Shown here: one piece after another, positions 40,296 through 50,504 of the stretch
How the letters are laid out: the number at the start of each line of letters is the position of its first letter
Numbering within the stretch: the first letter of the stretch is position 1
NCBI GenBank assembly: GCA_043809585.1
Contig: JBDROZ010000023.1
Span: 1-64,000, forward strand
Source: Candidatus Eiseniibacteriota bacterium
GTDB taxonomy: Bacteria; Orphanbacterota; Orphanbacteria; Orphanbacterales; Orphanbacteraceae
DNA: 64,000 bases
Reading direction: 5' to 3'
Program-made: the position numbers and the translations under genes
Notes under the pieces: generated by a model
The model's database searches: none
Seen by the model: the letters and a program-made list of their open reading frames with translations, nothing else
Told to the model about the DNA's origin: nothing

Positions 40296-43200
40296 CTACT
40301 CCCTCAAGTCCCCCAATGACACCACCTCCGGCAGCCCCTTCCGGAGCGCCCGGATGCCGTCGACGGCGGCCCGGGCCCCCGAGAGCGTCGTGATGCACGG
40401 GATGTCCATGATCGTCGCCCCCCGGCGGATCGCGGTCTCGTCGTAGCGGCTCTTCTTTCCGAGAGGCGTGTTGATCACCATCCGCACCGCTCCCGCGCCG
40501 ATCCGGTCGGCGATGTCCGGCTTCCCCTCCCCCACCTTCGCCACCGTCTCCGCCGGGATGCCACGTTCACGGAGATAAGCCGCCGTCCCCCCCGTGGCGA
40601 GAAGGGAGAACCCGAGCTCGTGCAGGTCCCGGGCGATGCCGAGGACCGCCGCCTTGTCCCGGTCGTTCACGCTGACGAAGACGGTCCCCGACTCGGGCAG
40701 CCCTTGCCCCGTGGCGAGCTGGGCCTTCGCAAACGCCTCGCCGAAAGTGCGGCCGATTCCCATCACCTCGCCGGTGCTCTTCATCTCCGGCCCGAGGAGC
40801 CGGTCGCTCCGCGGGAAACGGCGGAAGGGGAAGACCGGCCCCTTGACGAAGACCCGGCCCCGGATGCGCGGCTCCGTGACTCCCTGGTCGTCGAGAGAAC
40901 AGCCGAGCATGCACCGCGTCGCGATTTTCGAAAGTGGCAGCCCCGTCGCCTTCTCGATGAACGGGATCGTCCGGGATGCCCGTGGGTTCACCTCGAGCAC
41001 GTAGACCGTGCCGCCCAGGCTCGCGAACTGGATGTTCACCGGGCCGATCACGCCGAGTTCGAGGGTGATCCGCCGCGTCGACTCCCGAAGGATCTCGAGC
41101 TCGATCGGCGTCACCCGGTAGGGCGGAAGCACGGCGAAGCTGTCGCCGCTGTGGATACCCGCCTCTTCGATGTGCTGGAGAATGCCGCCGATCACGACCC
41201 GCTTCCCGTCGGAGACCGCGTCGACGTCGAACTCGACGGCGTCCTCCAGGAATTGGTCGATGAGCACCGGATGATCGGGGCCGGCCCGCGCCGCCTCGCC
41301 GAAGAACCGGCGAAGCGCCTCCTCGTCGTAGACCACGCCCATGGCCCGCCCGCCGAGGACGTAGCTCGGCCGGACCATGACGGGATAGCCGACCCCCGCC
41401 GCGACCCGGCACGCGTCTTCCGGGCTCCGCGCGCTCCCGTACGCGGGGCCGGGAATGCCGAGATCCCGGAGGAGGGCGCCGAAGCGGTCCCGGTCCTCGG
41501 CCCGGTCGATCGCCTCCACCGGCGTTCCGAGGAGGGGTACGCCGGCGTCCTTCAAGTGGCGCGCGAGGTTGAGGGGGGTCTGGCCGCCGAGGGTGACGAT
41601 CACCCCCTCCGGCCTCTCCCGCTCCACGATGTGCAGTACCTCCTCGAACCGGAGGGGCTCGAAGTAGAGACGGTCCGAGAGATCGTAGTCGGTGCTGACC
41701 GTCTCCGGGTTGCAGTTGACGAGAATCGCCTCGATCCCTTCCTCTTTCAGCGCCTCCACGGCGTGACAGCAGCAGGTGTCGAACTCGATCCCCTGGCCGA
41801 TCCGGTTCGGGCCTCCGCCGAGGACGATCACTTTGCGCCGGTCCGTGGGGCGGCTCTCGCACGGGCCCTCCTCCCATGTCGAGTAGAGATAGGGAGTGTC
41901 GGCGGCGAATTCGGCGGCGCACGTGTCGACCCGGCGAAAGACGGGACGGATCCCGTGGCGCTCCCGCAGGGCCTTCACCTCCGCCGCCCGGGCACCGACG
42001 GAGCCGGAGCCGCCCTGGAGGAGCCGGGCGATGCGGCGGTCGCTGAAGCCCTCCCCCTTCGCTTCGCAGAGGATCTCCGCCGAAAGCTCGCCCAGACTGT
42101 AACTCCGGAGGCGCCCCTCCACTTCGATGAGACGGGCGAGGTTGTCGAGGAACCACGGGTCGATCCCGGTGGCCTGGTGGATCCCCTCCACCGTGAATCC
42201 CCGGCGCATCGCCTCGTGGATGTCGCCGAGCCGTTCCTTGCTCGGCAGGGCGAGGGACGCGCGGAGTTCCTCCCGGGAGCGGCCGGTCGCCTTCGATTCC
42301 CAGCCGTCGAGACCGAGTTCGAGCGAGCGGAGCGCCTTCTGAAGCGCCTCCCGGAAGGTGCGTCCCATGGCCATCACTTCGCCGACGGACTGCATGGCCG
42401 TGCCGAGCCGGTCGGGAGTGCCGGGAAACTTCTCGAACGCCCACCGCGGGACCTTGACGACGGTGTAGTCGATGCTCGGCTCGAAGCAGGCGCTGCTTTT
42501 TCCCGTGATCTCGTTCGGGAGTTCGTCCAGGGTGTACCCGACGGCGAGGAGGGCGGCGATCTTGGCGATCGGGTACCCCGTCGCCTTGCTCGCGAGGGCG
42601 CTGCTCCGGGAGACCCGGGGATTCATCTCGATGACCGCCCGGGTCCCCGTCTCGGGATCGACGGCGAACTGAACGTTCGAGCCGCCGGTGACGACGCCGA
42701 CCGCGTCCAATACTTTCAAGGAGTCGTCCCGGAGCTCCTGGTACTCCCGGTCCGTCAGGGTCTGGGCGGGGGCGACGGTGATGCTGTCGCCCGTGTGGAC
42801 GCCCATGGCGTCGAAGTTCTCGATGGAGCAGACCACGATGCCGTTCCCCGCCCGGTCCCGGATCACTTCGAGCTCGTATTCCTTCCAGCCGAGCACGCTC
42901 TCCTCGACGAGGACGCTGCCGACGGGGGAGAGCCGGAGGCCCCCCTCCAGGATCTCCCGGAACTCCTCCTCCGTTCGGGCCGTGCCGCTTCCCGAACCGC
43001 CGAGGGTGAAGCTCGCCCGGAGGATGGCGGGGAGACCGACCTTCGGGAGGGCGGCGCGCCCTTCTTCATGAGAGGTGACGAGAACGCTCCGGAGCGTGCG
43101 GATCCCGGCCTTCGCCATGGCGGTCTTGAACAGATCCCGGTCCTCGGCGAGACGGACGCACTCGGCGCTCGCTCCGATCAGCTCCACGCCGTGCCGCGCG

Positions 43201-43523
43201 AGAACCCCCCGCCTCTCCAGTTCGACGGCGAGGTTGAGCCCGGTCTGTCCCCCGACCGTGGGGAGGAGGGCGTCGGGCCTCTCCCGGGCGATCACCTCCT
43301 CCACCATCTCCGGCGTGAGAGGCTCGATGTAGGTCGCGTCGGCGAGCCCGGGGTCGGTCATGATCGTCGCGGGGTTGCTGTTCACGAGGATGACGCGGAT
43401 GCCTTCGCGCCGGAGCGCCTTCACCGCCTGGGTGCCCGAGTAATCGAACTCGCTCGCCTGGCCGATCACGATCGGGCCCGATCCCGGGATCAGGACGCTC
43501 CGGATGTCACTTCGTCGCGGCAT
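40296..43523 (-). CDS. carB: Carbamoyl-phosphate synthase large subunit
   Basis: [35 protein letters not shown], duplicated ATP-grasp and MGS domain. Confidence 0.98.
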   Translation of the reverse strand: MPRRSDIRSVLIPGSGPIVIGQASEFDYSGTQAVKALRREGIRVILVNSNPATIMTDPGLADATYIEPLTPEMVEEVIARERPDALLPTVGGQTGLNLAVELERRGVLARHGVELIGASAECVRLAEDRDLFKTAMAKAGIRTLRSVLVTSHEEGRAALPKVGLPAILRASFTLGGSGSGTARTEEEFREILEGGLRLSPVGSVLVEESVLGWKEYELEVIRDRAGNGIVVCSIENFDAMGVHTGDSITVAPAQTLTDREYQELRDDSLKVLDAVGVVTGGSNVQFAVDPETGTRAVIEMNPRVSRSSALASKATGYPIAKIAALLAVGYTLDELPNEITGKSSACFEPSIDYTVVKVPRWAFEKFPGTPDRLGTAMQSVGEVMAMGRTFREALQKALRSLELGLDGWESKATGRSREELRASLALPSKERLGDIHEAMRRGFTVEGIHQATGIDPWFLDNLARLIEVEGRLRSYSLGELSAEILCEAKGEGFSDRRIARLLQGGSGSVGARAAEVKALRERHGIRPVFRRVDTCAAEFAADTPYLYSTWEEGPCESRPTDRRKVIVLGGGPNRIGQGIEFDTCCCHAVEALKEEGIEAILVNCNPETVSTDYDLSDRLYFEPLRFEEVLHIVERERPEGVIVTLGGQTPLNLARHLKDAGVPLLGTPVEAIDRAEDRDRFGALLRDLGIPGPAYGSARSPEDACRVAAGVGYPVMVRPSYVLGGRAMGVVYDEEALRRFFGEAARAGPDHPVLIDQFLEDAVEFDVDAVSDGKRVVIGGILQHIEEAGIHSGDSFAVLPPYRVTPIELEILRESTRRITLELGVIGPVNIQFASLGGTVYVLEVNPRASRTIPFIEKATGLPLSKIATRCMLGCSLDDQGVTEPRIRGRVFVKGPVFPFRRFPRSDRLLGPEMKSTGEVMGIGRTFGEAFAKAQLATGQGLPESGTVFVSVNDRDKAAVLGIARDLHELGFSLLATGGTAAYLRERGIPAETVAKVGEGKPDIADRIGAGAVRMVINTPLGKKSRYDETAIRRGATIMDIPCITTLSGARAAVDGIRALRKGLPEVVSLGDLRE

Positions 43524-44637
43524 CGCGGCCTCCCCCCTTCCGGCGGGTCCGCTCCGCGTCCAGGTTTTCCCGGAAGAGACGGAAAAGATACTGGCTGTCG
43601 CTCGGGCCGGGGGCGGCTTCCGGGTGGTATTGGACCGAGAAGACCGGCGCGCCGGGGACCTCGAGCCCCTCCACCGTCCCGTCGTTCAGACTGAGATGGG
43701 TGATGCGCGCCCCGTCCGGCGGGAGGCTCTCGGCGGGGACGGCGTAGTTGTGGTTCTGGCTCGTGATCTCCACGCGGCCGTCGGCAAGGCGTTTCACGGG
43801 GTGGTTCGCGCCGTGGTGGCCGAAGGGGAGCTTCACCGTGTCGGCGCCGAGGGCCCGGGCGAGGATCTGGTGGCCGAGACAGATGCCGAAGAGGGGCAGT
43901 CCGGACCGGAGGACGGCTTTCACCTGTTCCACGATGGCGGGGAGCGTCGCCGGGTCGCCGGGACCGTTGCTGAGGAAGACCCCCTCCGTCGGCGGCGCGA
44001 GGAGTTCCTCCGCCGGCGCGGATGCGGGGAAGACGCGCACCCGGCATCCTTCGAGGGCGATTCGATGGAGGATGCTCCGCTTGACACCGAAGTCGTAGAC
44101 CGCCACCTCGAAGGGGGGCTCCGGTCCCGCCCCGGCCGCCTCCAAGGTCCAGGGCTCTTCGCTCGTCACCCGGGAGACCCAATCGACCTCTTCCATGAGG
44201 GGAAGGGCGCGGGCCTTCGCCGTGAGCGCCTCCGGTTCCCCCGCGCCGATCCAGGCGCGACAGGTCCCCCTGTCCCGGATGGCGATGGTGAGGGCCCGGG
44301 TGTCGACACCCGCGAGGGCGGGGACACCGGCCCGACGGAGGACATCGGCCAGGCTCCGGTCGGCCCGGCGGTGAAAGCTCCGGCGGCAGAAATCGCGGAC
44401 GAGAATGGCCGAGGGGTGGATGCGGGCCGACTCGTCGTCGCCGGCGTGGACGCCGTAGTTACCGATGTGGGAGGCGGTGAAGACGACGATTTGGCCGGCG
44501 TAGCTCGGGTCGGTGAGGATTTCCTGGTACCCGGTCATCCCGGTGTGGAAGACGACTTCCCCGCCCACTTCGCGGGAAGCGCCGATCAGCCGTCCCGTGA
44601 AGCAGAGGCCGTTTTCCAGGGCGATCTTCGCGTGCAA
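43507..44637 (-). CDS. carA: Carbamoyl-phosphate synthase small subunit
   Basis: TTG start; [28 protein letters not shown] and QYHPE motifs. Confidence 0.95.
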   Translation of the reverse strand: MHAKIALENGLCFTGRLIGASREVGGEVVFHTGMTGYQEILTDPSYAGQIVVFTASHIGNYGVHAGDDESARIHPSAILVRDFCRRSFHRRADRSLADVLRRAGVPALAGVDTRALTIAIRDRGTCRAWIGAGEPEALTAKARALPLMEEVDWVSRVTSEEPWTLEAAGAGPEPPFEVAVYDFGVKRSILHRIALEGCRVRVFPASAPAEELLAPPTEGVFLSNGPGDPATLPAIVEQVKAVLRSGLPLFGICLGHQILARALGADTVKLPFGHHGANHPVKRLADGRVEITSQNHNYAVPAESLPPDGARITHLSLNDGTVEGLEVPGAPVFSVQYHPEAAPGPSDSQYLFRLFRENLDAERTRRKGGGRDAATK

Positions 44638-44792
44638 TCCCCTCCCCCGGGTGGAAGTGATACGGGTCCGGGCGAAGCCTAGTGGATGGAGGGCGGACGG
44701 GCAAGGGGAATGAGGGAAGCGAATCCGGCCGGATTCGAAAGCAGACGGGCGGGTCCCGCCCCTCGGGGGCTTTCCCCGCAGGACGCGGCTGA

Positions 44793-44990
44793 AGCACGGG
44801 CAGGTCCTGTCGCCGGCCGCCCGCTGCAGTGCTCGCCAGTCGCGCCGCGGCGGCCGTGGTCCTCTCCGCGTGAACCGCACGTTACGCCCTCGCTGGAGTA
44901 CGGTCGCTCGGGATCTTGCGCTTGGTGGCTGCGCTCCTCGCGGGCCCCCGCCGGCGCCACCCGCCCGTGGTTTCGATTGATCAGCAAGGA
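44793..44990. other. Structured intergenic element related to 52808-52988
   Basis: CACGGGCAGG/CCCGCCCGTG stem and ATTGATCAGCAAGGA tail shared in inverted orientation. Confidence 0.6.
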
Positions 44991-45027
44991 CTGCTGAAGA
45001 GGAACGAGCCAGCTCAATACGTACAAT

Positions 45028-45053
45028 GTCATCCCTGCGCAGGCAGGGATCCA
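45028..45053. repeat. REP-like palindrome, copy 2
   Basis: GTCATCCCTGCGCAGGCAGGGATCCA. Confidence 0.75.
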
Positions 45054-45242
45054 GGGAATCCAATCCACCTCCTTACCTTTCTCCATTCGCTTTCGCCACC
45101 CGTGGGGGAGAAGGGTGAATGGCGTCCGCTCACCCGGGCACTCGACCCCCGGCTCGTACCCGTGCCGCGCCCACCTCCCCATACATCCCTCGGAACTTCG
45201 GAGTGAGTCGGGGACTGCCGCCTCCCGAGCCTTCGGCGATGC

Positions 45243-45580
45243 GGGGGACATGAACTCGTTTCGTGTCCCCCCCATTCATCATCGACGGGGTGGGAGGGCG
45301 GCTCCGGGAGGGATAGAGGGGTAGACTTGAACGCTCGTCGTGCTGCGGAAGAAAACCCTCCCTTTCTCCGGCCTCGTAGAGGGAGCGTTGTAGGGGTCGG
45401 CAACAACTCCCCGGTTATGCCCCCATCCCTCCCGAAGCCGCTCCCCCGTCCCGCCGTCCTCCGGACGGGTACTGCCCGCGAGCACATTCACTCCAGGGTG
45501 CAGAGGAGGAGTCCAAGAAAGCCAGGAACTTTGGAATGAACCCGGCACGACCATTCCAGGGTGCAGAGGAGGAGTCCGAA
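45243..45580 (-). repeat. Composite repeat: hairpin + family copy D (45284-45458) + duplicated TCCAGGGTGCAGAGGAGGAGTCC
   Basis: Reverse complement closely matches 52298-52571. Confidence 0.85.
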
Positions 45581-45606
45581 CAAGAGGACGACTCCGGAGC
45601 GCCCCC

Positions 45607-46155
45607 CTACTTCTTCAACTTCTCCGCGTACGTCTTCCGGAACTTCTCCACCTTCGGTGAGATGACGACCTGGCAGTAGGGTTGGTTCCCGTTCCGCTCG
45701 TAATACTCCTGGTGGTACTTCTCCGCCTCGTAGAACTTCTCGAGGGGGACGACCTCCGTCACGATCGGGTCGTCGAACACTTTCTCCTTCTCCATTTCCG
45801 CGATGATCCCCTCGGCGGCCGTCTTTTGCTCCGGCGAGTCGTAGAAGATCGCCGACCGGTACTGGCTCCCCGTGTCCGCCCCCTGCCGGTTCATCGTGGT
45901 CGGATCGTGGATCGTGAAGAAGACCTCCAAGATCTCCCGGTACGTGATCTCCCGGGGATCGAATTGGAGCTGCACCACCTCCGCGTGCCCCGTCCCGCCG
46001 CCGCAGACCTCCTGGTACGTCGGATCCGCCACCGACCCCCCCGCGTAGCCGGACCGGACCGCGCCGACCCCGCGGAGCTGCTCGAACACCGCCTCGAGAC
46101 ACCAGAAGCAGCCGCCTCCGAGCGTCGCCACCTGCATGATTTCCGCTCCCGACAT
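45607..46155 (-). CDS. msrA: Peptide methionine sulfoxide reductase A
   Basis: GGCFWC, GHAEVV, GSQYRS and YHQEYY motifs. Confidence 0.95.
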   Translation of the reverse strand: MSGAEIMQVATLGGGCFWCLEAVFEQLRGVGAVRSGYAGGSVADPTYQEVCGGGTGHAEVVQLQFDPREITYREILEVFFTIHDPTTMNRQGADTGSQYRSAIFYDSPEQKTAAEGIIAEMEKEKVFDDPIVTEVVPLEKFYEAEKYHQEYYERNGNQPYCQVVISPKVEKFRKTYAEKLKK

Positions 46156-46253
46156 GATTCCCTCCGATCAAACCGGCCCCGCGGGCCGGGTGGGGTTCCC
46201 TTTCCCTCAAGATACGACATCCGGGGGCGGGATGTGACCCGGATGGTCCGAGG

Positions 46254-46508
46254 TCAATTGTCGAGCATCACGAAATCCAAATGCCAGCTCATGTCGGCGG
46301 AGTCGAGGTGGAGTTGGTAGACGTCGCCCGCGTCGTCGCCGATGGAGAAATAGAAGAGCTTGCGCCCCCCCTCCCGGTCCTCCCAGCGGAGGTTGACCTC
46401 CGTCACCCGGTGGGTCCGGCCGCCCCTCTTGAAAAGGAGGGGCGTGACCTTCCCCCCCTCGAAATCGGCCCGGACCTTGATTCGCTCCTGGATCGATTCG
46501 ACGCGCAT
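46254..46508 (-). CDS. Small beta-rich hypothetical protein (84 aa), candidate SOS gene
   Basis: GAGGTG RBS; MRVESIQERIKVRADF...FYFSI...WHLD; own promoter with the shared operator. Confidence 0.75.
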   Translation of the reverse strand: MRVESIQERIKVRADFEGGKVTPLLFKRGGRTHRVTEVNLRWEDREGGRKLFYFSIGDDAGDVYQLHLDSADMSWHLDFVMLDN

Positions 46509-46566
46509 GGCACCTCTCGGGCGGACGGTGAGCCTCGGAACCGGGCGAAGTGAATTAAGCGCCTTC

Positions 46567-46595
46567 AATCTACTAGACATTTGTTTGGTGGTCAA
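46567..46595 (-). promoter_or_regulatory. sigma70 promoter TTGACC-N17-TAGATT with operator CCAAACAAATGTCTAG
   Basis: Same architecture as the dinB promoter. Confidence 0.75.
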
Positions 46596-46759
46596 TCGGA
46601 AAAAGAGGTCGAACCATGGTTGGACGAGGAAGGAGACGGCCCGGTCCGAGGCCCCCGGCGGGCCCCTTGCCAGCGCGGTTGCCCGGCCCGGGAGAGGCGG
46701 GTAGACTGAGGCCGTCGCCGACACGGTGCGCGGCCATGGGCCGGGTGAAAGGAAGCGAG

Positions 46760-48317
46760 TTGGAGCAGGTCCCCGAACGGCATCAGGGCGGGGGGGGGGT
46801 GGAGGGCCGTCGCGGTCGCGGCGCTCCTCGGCTACGCCCTTCTCTGTCTCTTTCTCTTCGCCGGCGACACGTGGCGCCCCGAATGGGACAGCGCGGTCTA
46901 TGTCCTCACCGGCCGCTCCCTCGCGTCGGGCGAGGGGTACGTTTATCTCGGCGAGCCCTTCGTGCTCCGCCCGCCCGGGCTCCCCTGGCTGATCTCGCTC
47001 GCCGATCGAGGGCGGGACATCGACCCGGCGGCGCTGAACCGGATGATCATGGCCTTCGCCGCCCTGTCGGTGATCGCCGTCTACTTCGCGTTCCGGACCG
47101 ACCACGGCCGCCCCATGGCGCTCGCCGCCGCGATGCTGACGGGAACGAGCCCCCTCTTCGTCAGCCGGTTCAACTGGATCCAGTCCGAGTTCCCCTTCCT
47201 CGCCCTCCTCTACCTCGGTCTCGGATGCCTCGCCCTCTCGCTCCGCTCCGGGGGCCGGAGGATCCCCTGGGCCCTCGCGGCCGGGGGGGCCTTCGCCGCG
47301 GCCTTCTACTTCCGGACCACCGGGATCCTGGTCGCACCGTTGCTCCTGCTCCTCGGTCTCGCGGCGGGCCGGGGGGGCGGCCGCCGAAGCCTCTGGACCG
47401 CGGCGGCGGTGACGGTCCTCATCGCCCTTCCCTGGTTCGTCCACACGGCTCGGGTCGCCCCGGCGCGGGAGGTGCCCCCCGACCAACTTCTCCTCCATGA
47501 CTACAAGACCGCGATGTTTCACACCGACCCGGGCGATCCCCGATCACCGAGAATCTCGGCGGAGGCGTGGGGCCGGAGAATCCGTTCCAACGGGGCGGCC
47601 CTCGCCGTCGACCTCTCGGAAGGGCTGTTCGGCGGCGGCCGGTGGTGGGCGGGGATGATCGCGGGAATCGCGGCGCTCGCGGGCTTCGTGATCCGGCCCC
47701 GTTCCGTCTCCCGGGCCGCCGGCGCCTTCGGCATTCTGTATGGCGCCGTGCTGACCACCTACTTCGCCTACGCGACCCGGCTCGTGACGCCTCTCGTACC
47801 GGTCCTCTACCTCTACGGCATCGTCGCCCTCTCCTGGGCGGGAAGGCGGGCGGCCGATCGGTTCCGCATTCCCCGGGGGGGCGCCCTCCTGCCCGCGGCC
47901 TGCGTCTTCCTTCTTCTCGCCGTCAACGTCGCCCGACTCCCGGGGAGGCTCGGGACCCCCCAGATCACCGTCGAGGGGAGGGAGGTACGGATGGACGGGA
48001 TGTGGGAGGAGACGTTCGCCACGGCCCGCTGGATCCGGGAACGGACGCCGCCCGGCTCGACGATCCTCTGCTTCAGCGCCCCCGTCTACGGCACGCTCAC
48101 GGGGCGCACCGCCTACACCTACCGTTTCCCCCGGGGGGGGGACCTCCTCGCGAAATACGACCCCGACTTCGTCCTCTTCGACATCCGCACCCCCGCCTCG
48201 GACGACCTGGAGGGAAGGGTGGCCACCGCCGCGAAGGAGCGGTGGTTCGTCCCCTCCCGGATCCCCGGGCGGAGCATGACGGCGTACCGCCTGACCGACA
48301 CCAAAGGGACCCCATAG
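46760..48317 (+). CDS. GT-C (ArnT/PMT-like) membrane protein, frameshifted at the G10 tract 46790-46799
   Basis: WDSAVY...RSLASGEGY...PPG.P and SE motifs lie in the frame that begins after the tract; candidate starts (46736 ATG, 46760 TTG) join it if the tract is G9. Confidence 0.7.
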
Positions 48318-48651
48318 GGCCTCTCGAGTTACCTGACCTTGCCTCGAGTCTTGGAGAACCGGCCGAACCGGGACGGGTCCCTCTTGCGGGGAATCGGACC
48401 CTCATCCGCCTCGACTACGTGAAGTTGAAAAGCGGGATGGCGAGGAAGGGGATGAAAATGACCGCGATGAAGAGCTTTTCCTGAATCGTCACGGCAACAC
48501 ACTCCCGGGGTCGAGATCGGAACCGGTTTCGAGAGACCGGTCACGGTCTTTCCGCGTCCGGCGGGGCCCCCAGCTCCGGGCATTCATACCTGTAGACGGT
48601 TCCCGCGCCCAAAAGGTTGCAAGAGAATCCAGGGGGGTCGGTCCGCCCCGG

Positions 48652-50346
48652 TCAGCGGTACCGGTTGGTGATCGGCAGGCGGCGGTCTCTGCCGAACGCC
48701 TTCGGCGTGATCTTGATCCCCGGCGGAGCCTGGCGGCGTTTGTACTCGCTCCGGTCGACCATGCGGAGAACCCGGCGGACCGTTTCGGGATCTCCCGTCT
48801 TTTCGGCGATCGCGCCGGCGCTGAGGTCGTGCTCGACATACGCCTCGAGGATCGGGTCGAGAACGCTGTAGGGCGGAAGGGAGTCGCTGTCCTTCTGGTC
48901 CTCCTTCAACTCCGCCGAAGGCTCCCGGGCAATGATGGAGGCGGGGATGGCGGCCCCCTCGGGCCCCGTGTTCCTCCATCGCGAGAGGGCGTAAACGAGC
49001 GTCTTCGGCACGTCCTTCAAGATCGCGAGCCCCCCCGCCATGTCGCCGTAGAGAGTGCAGTAACCGACGGCGGTCTCGCTCTTGTTCCCCGTGGAGAGGA
49101 CGAGCCAACCATGCCGGTTCGAGAGGGCCATGAGGTAATTGCCCCGGATCCGTGCCTGGAGGTTCTCTTCGGCGATACCCGGCCCCCCTTCCCCGAGGCG
49201 GCCCTCGAGGGCGGAGAGGTACGCCGCGAAAACCGGTTCGATGGGGATTTCGAGGAGCTCGATGCCGAGGCATTCGGCCAGGAGATGGGCGTCGGTGTGT
49301 GTCCCCTCGGATGTGTGCCGGCTCGGCATGGTGACGCCGACCACGCAGTCCGGCCCGAGCGCGTCCCGGGCGATCGCCGCCACGAGGGCCGAGTCGATGC
49401 CGCCGGAAAGGCCGAGCACCGCCTTGGCGAAATCGTTCTTCCGGAAGTAGTCCCGCGTGCCGAGGACGAGGGCCTTGTACACCTCCTCCTCGGGAAACAG
49501 CTTCTTCTCCGGCCGGCTCCGGATCGGCATGCGGTCCCCCCCGCCGGGGAGATCGAGGCGTGCCGCGTCCCACTCTCCCGCCGCTCCGGGCCTCCCGTGA
49601 CCGCCGCGGCCGTCCGGCCCGTCCACGTCGTAGAGGAGAAGGTCCTCGGCAAAACGTTCCGCCACGGCGAGCAGCTCCCCCTCCCCGGAAACGACCATGC
49701 TCCCCCCGTCGAAAACGAGTTCGTCCTGGCCGCCGATCAGATTCACGTAGAACGAGGGGATTCCGCAGCGGGCGCTCACCGAGGCGAGGACCTCCCGGCG
49801 AATCTCCATCTTCCCCCGGTGATAAGGGGAGGCGGAGATGTTGAGGATCAGGTCGGCCCCCGTCTCCCGGGCGCACTGGGCGGGGCGGCTGCCGGTGATC
49901 CACGAATCTTCGCAGATGTGGACCGCGATCCGGACCGGACCCATGTCGAGAACGAGGCCCCGCGAGCCGGGCCGAAAGTAGCGCTGCTCGTCGAAGACGC
50001 CGTAGTTCGGGAGCAGGTTCTTGTGGTAACGGGCGACGATCCGGCCGTTCTGGAGCACCCCGGCGCCGTTGAAGATCCCCCCGCCGGCCCGGTCGGGGAA
50101 GCCGACCACCGCCGCCGTCCCCTTCGTCTCCCCGGCGAGCCGCTCCAGTTCCTTCCCGCAATCGTCGAGGAATGCGCCGCGGAGGAGCAGGTCCTCGGGC
50201 GGGTACCCGGAGAGGGTCAGCTCCGGAAAGGCGACCAGGTCGGCCCCCTCCCGCTCCGCCCGGCGGAGGGCTTCCACGACACGGCCGCCGTTGCCGGCGA
50301 TGTCCCCGACGACGGTGTTGATCTGGGCGAGCGCGATCCTGATCAC
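48652..50346 (-). CDS. nadE: Glutamine-dependent NAD+ synthetase
   Basis: FPEL, LPNYGVFDE, ICED, LSGGIDS, NLQARIRG and GNKSE motifs. Confidence 0.96.
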   Translation of the reverse strand: MIRIALAQINTVVGDIAGNGGRVVEALRRAEREGADLVAFPELTLSGYPPEDLLLRGAFLDDCGKELERLAGETKGTAAVVGFPDRAGGGIFNGAGVLQNGRIVARYHKNLLPNYGVFDEQRYFRPGSRGLVLDMGPVRIAVHICEDSWITGSRPAQCARETGADLILNISASPYHRGKMEIRREVLASVSARCGIPSFYVNLIGGQDELVFDGGSMVVSGEGELLAVAERFAEDLLLYDVDGPDGRGGHGRPGAAGEWDAARLDLPGGGDRMPIRSRPEKKLFPEEEVYKALVLGTRDYFRKNDFAKAVLGLSGGIDSALVAAIARDALGPDCVVGVTMPSRHTSEGTHTDAHLLAECLGIELLEIPIEPVFAAYLSALEGRLGEGGPGIAEENLQARIRGNYLMALSNRHGWLVLSTGNKSETAVGYCTLYGDMAGGLAILKDVPKTLVYALSRWRNTGPEGAAIPASIIAREPSAELKEDQKDSDSLPPYSVLDPILEAYVEHDLSAGAIAEKTGDPETVRRVLRMVDRSEYKRRQAPPGIKITPKAFGRDRRLPITNRYR

Positions 50347-50504
50347 CTCTGTCCCTCCAAGAGGATCTGAGCGTACGGGGGAGGACCCCACCGGGTCAAG
50401 GGGGCCGGCGCGGAGGGTACGGAAGGCTTGCCGGGGGCCCGGTGTTTCTCTACCATGAATCGGTCCCGGGCGCGGCGGACCGGTGGCGAAAGGCGGCGCG
50501 AACG

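Noticed and set aside
44884-44901. PyrR-binding loop upstream of carA (UCCAGCGAGG on the minus strand)
   Set aside because: Only the core matches; flanking consensus bases, the U-rich 5' segment and an attenuator are missing
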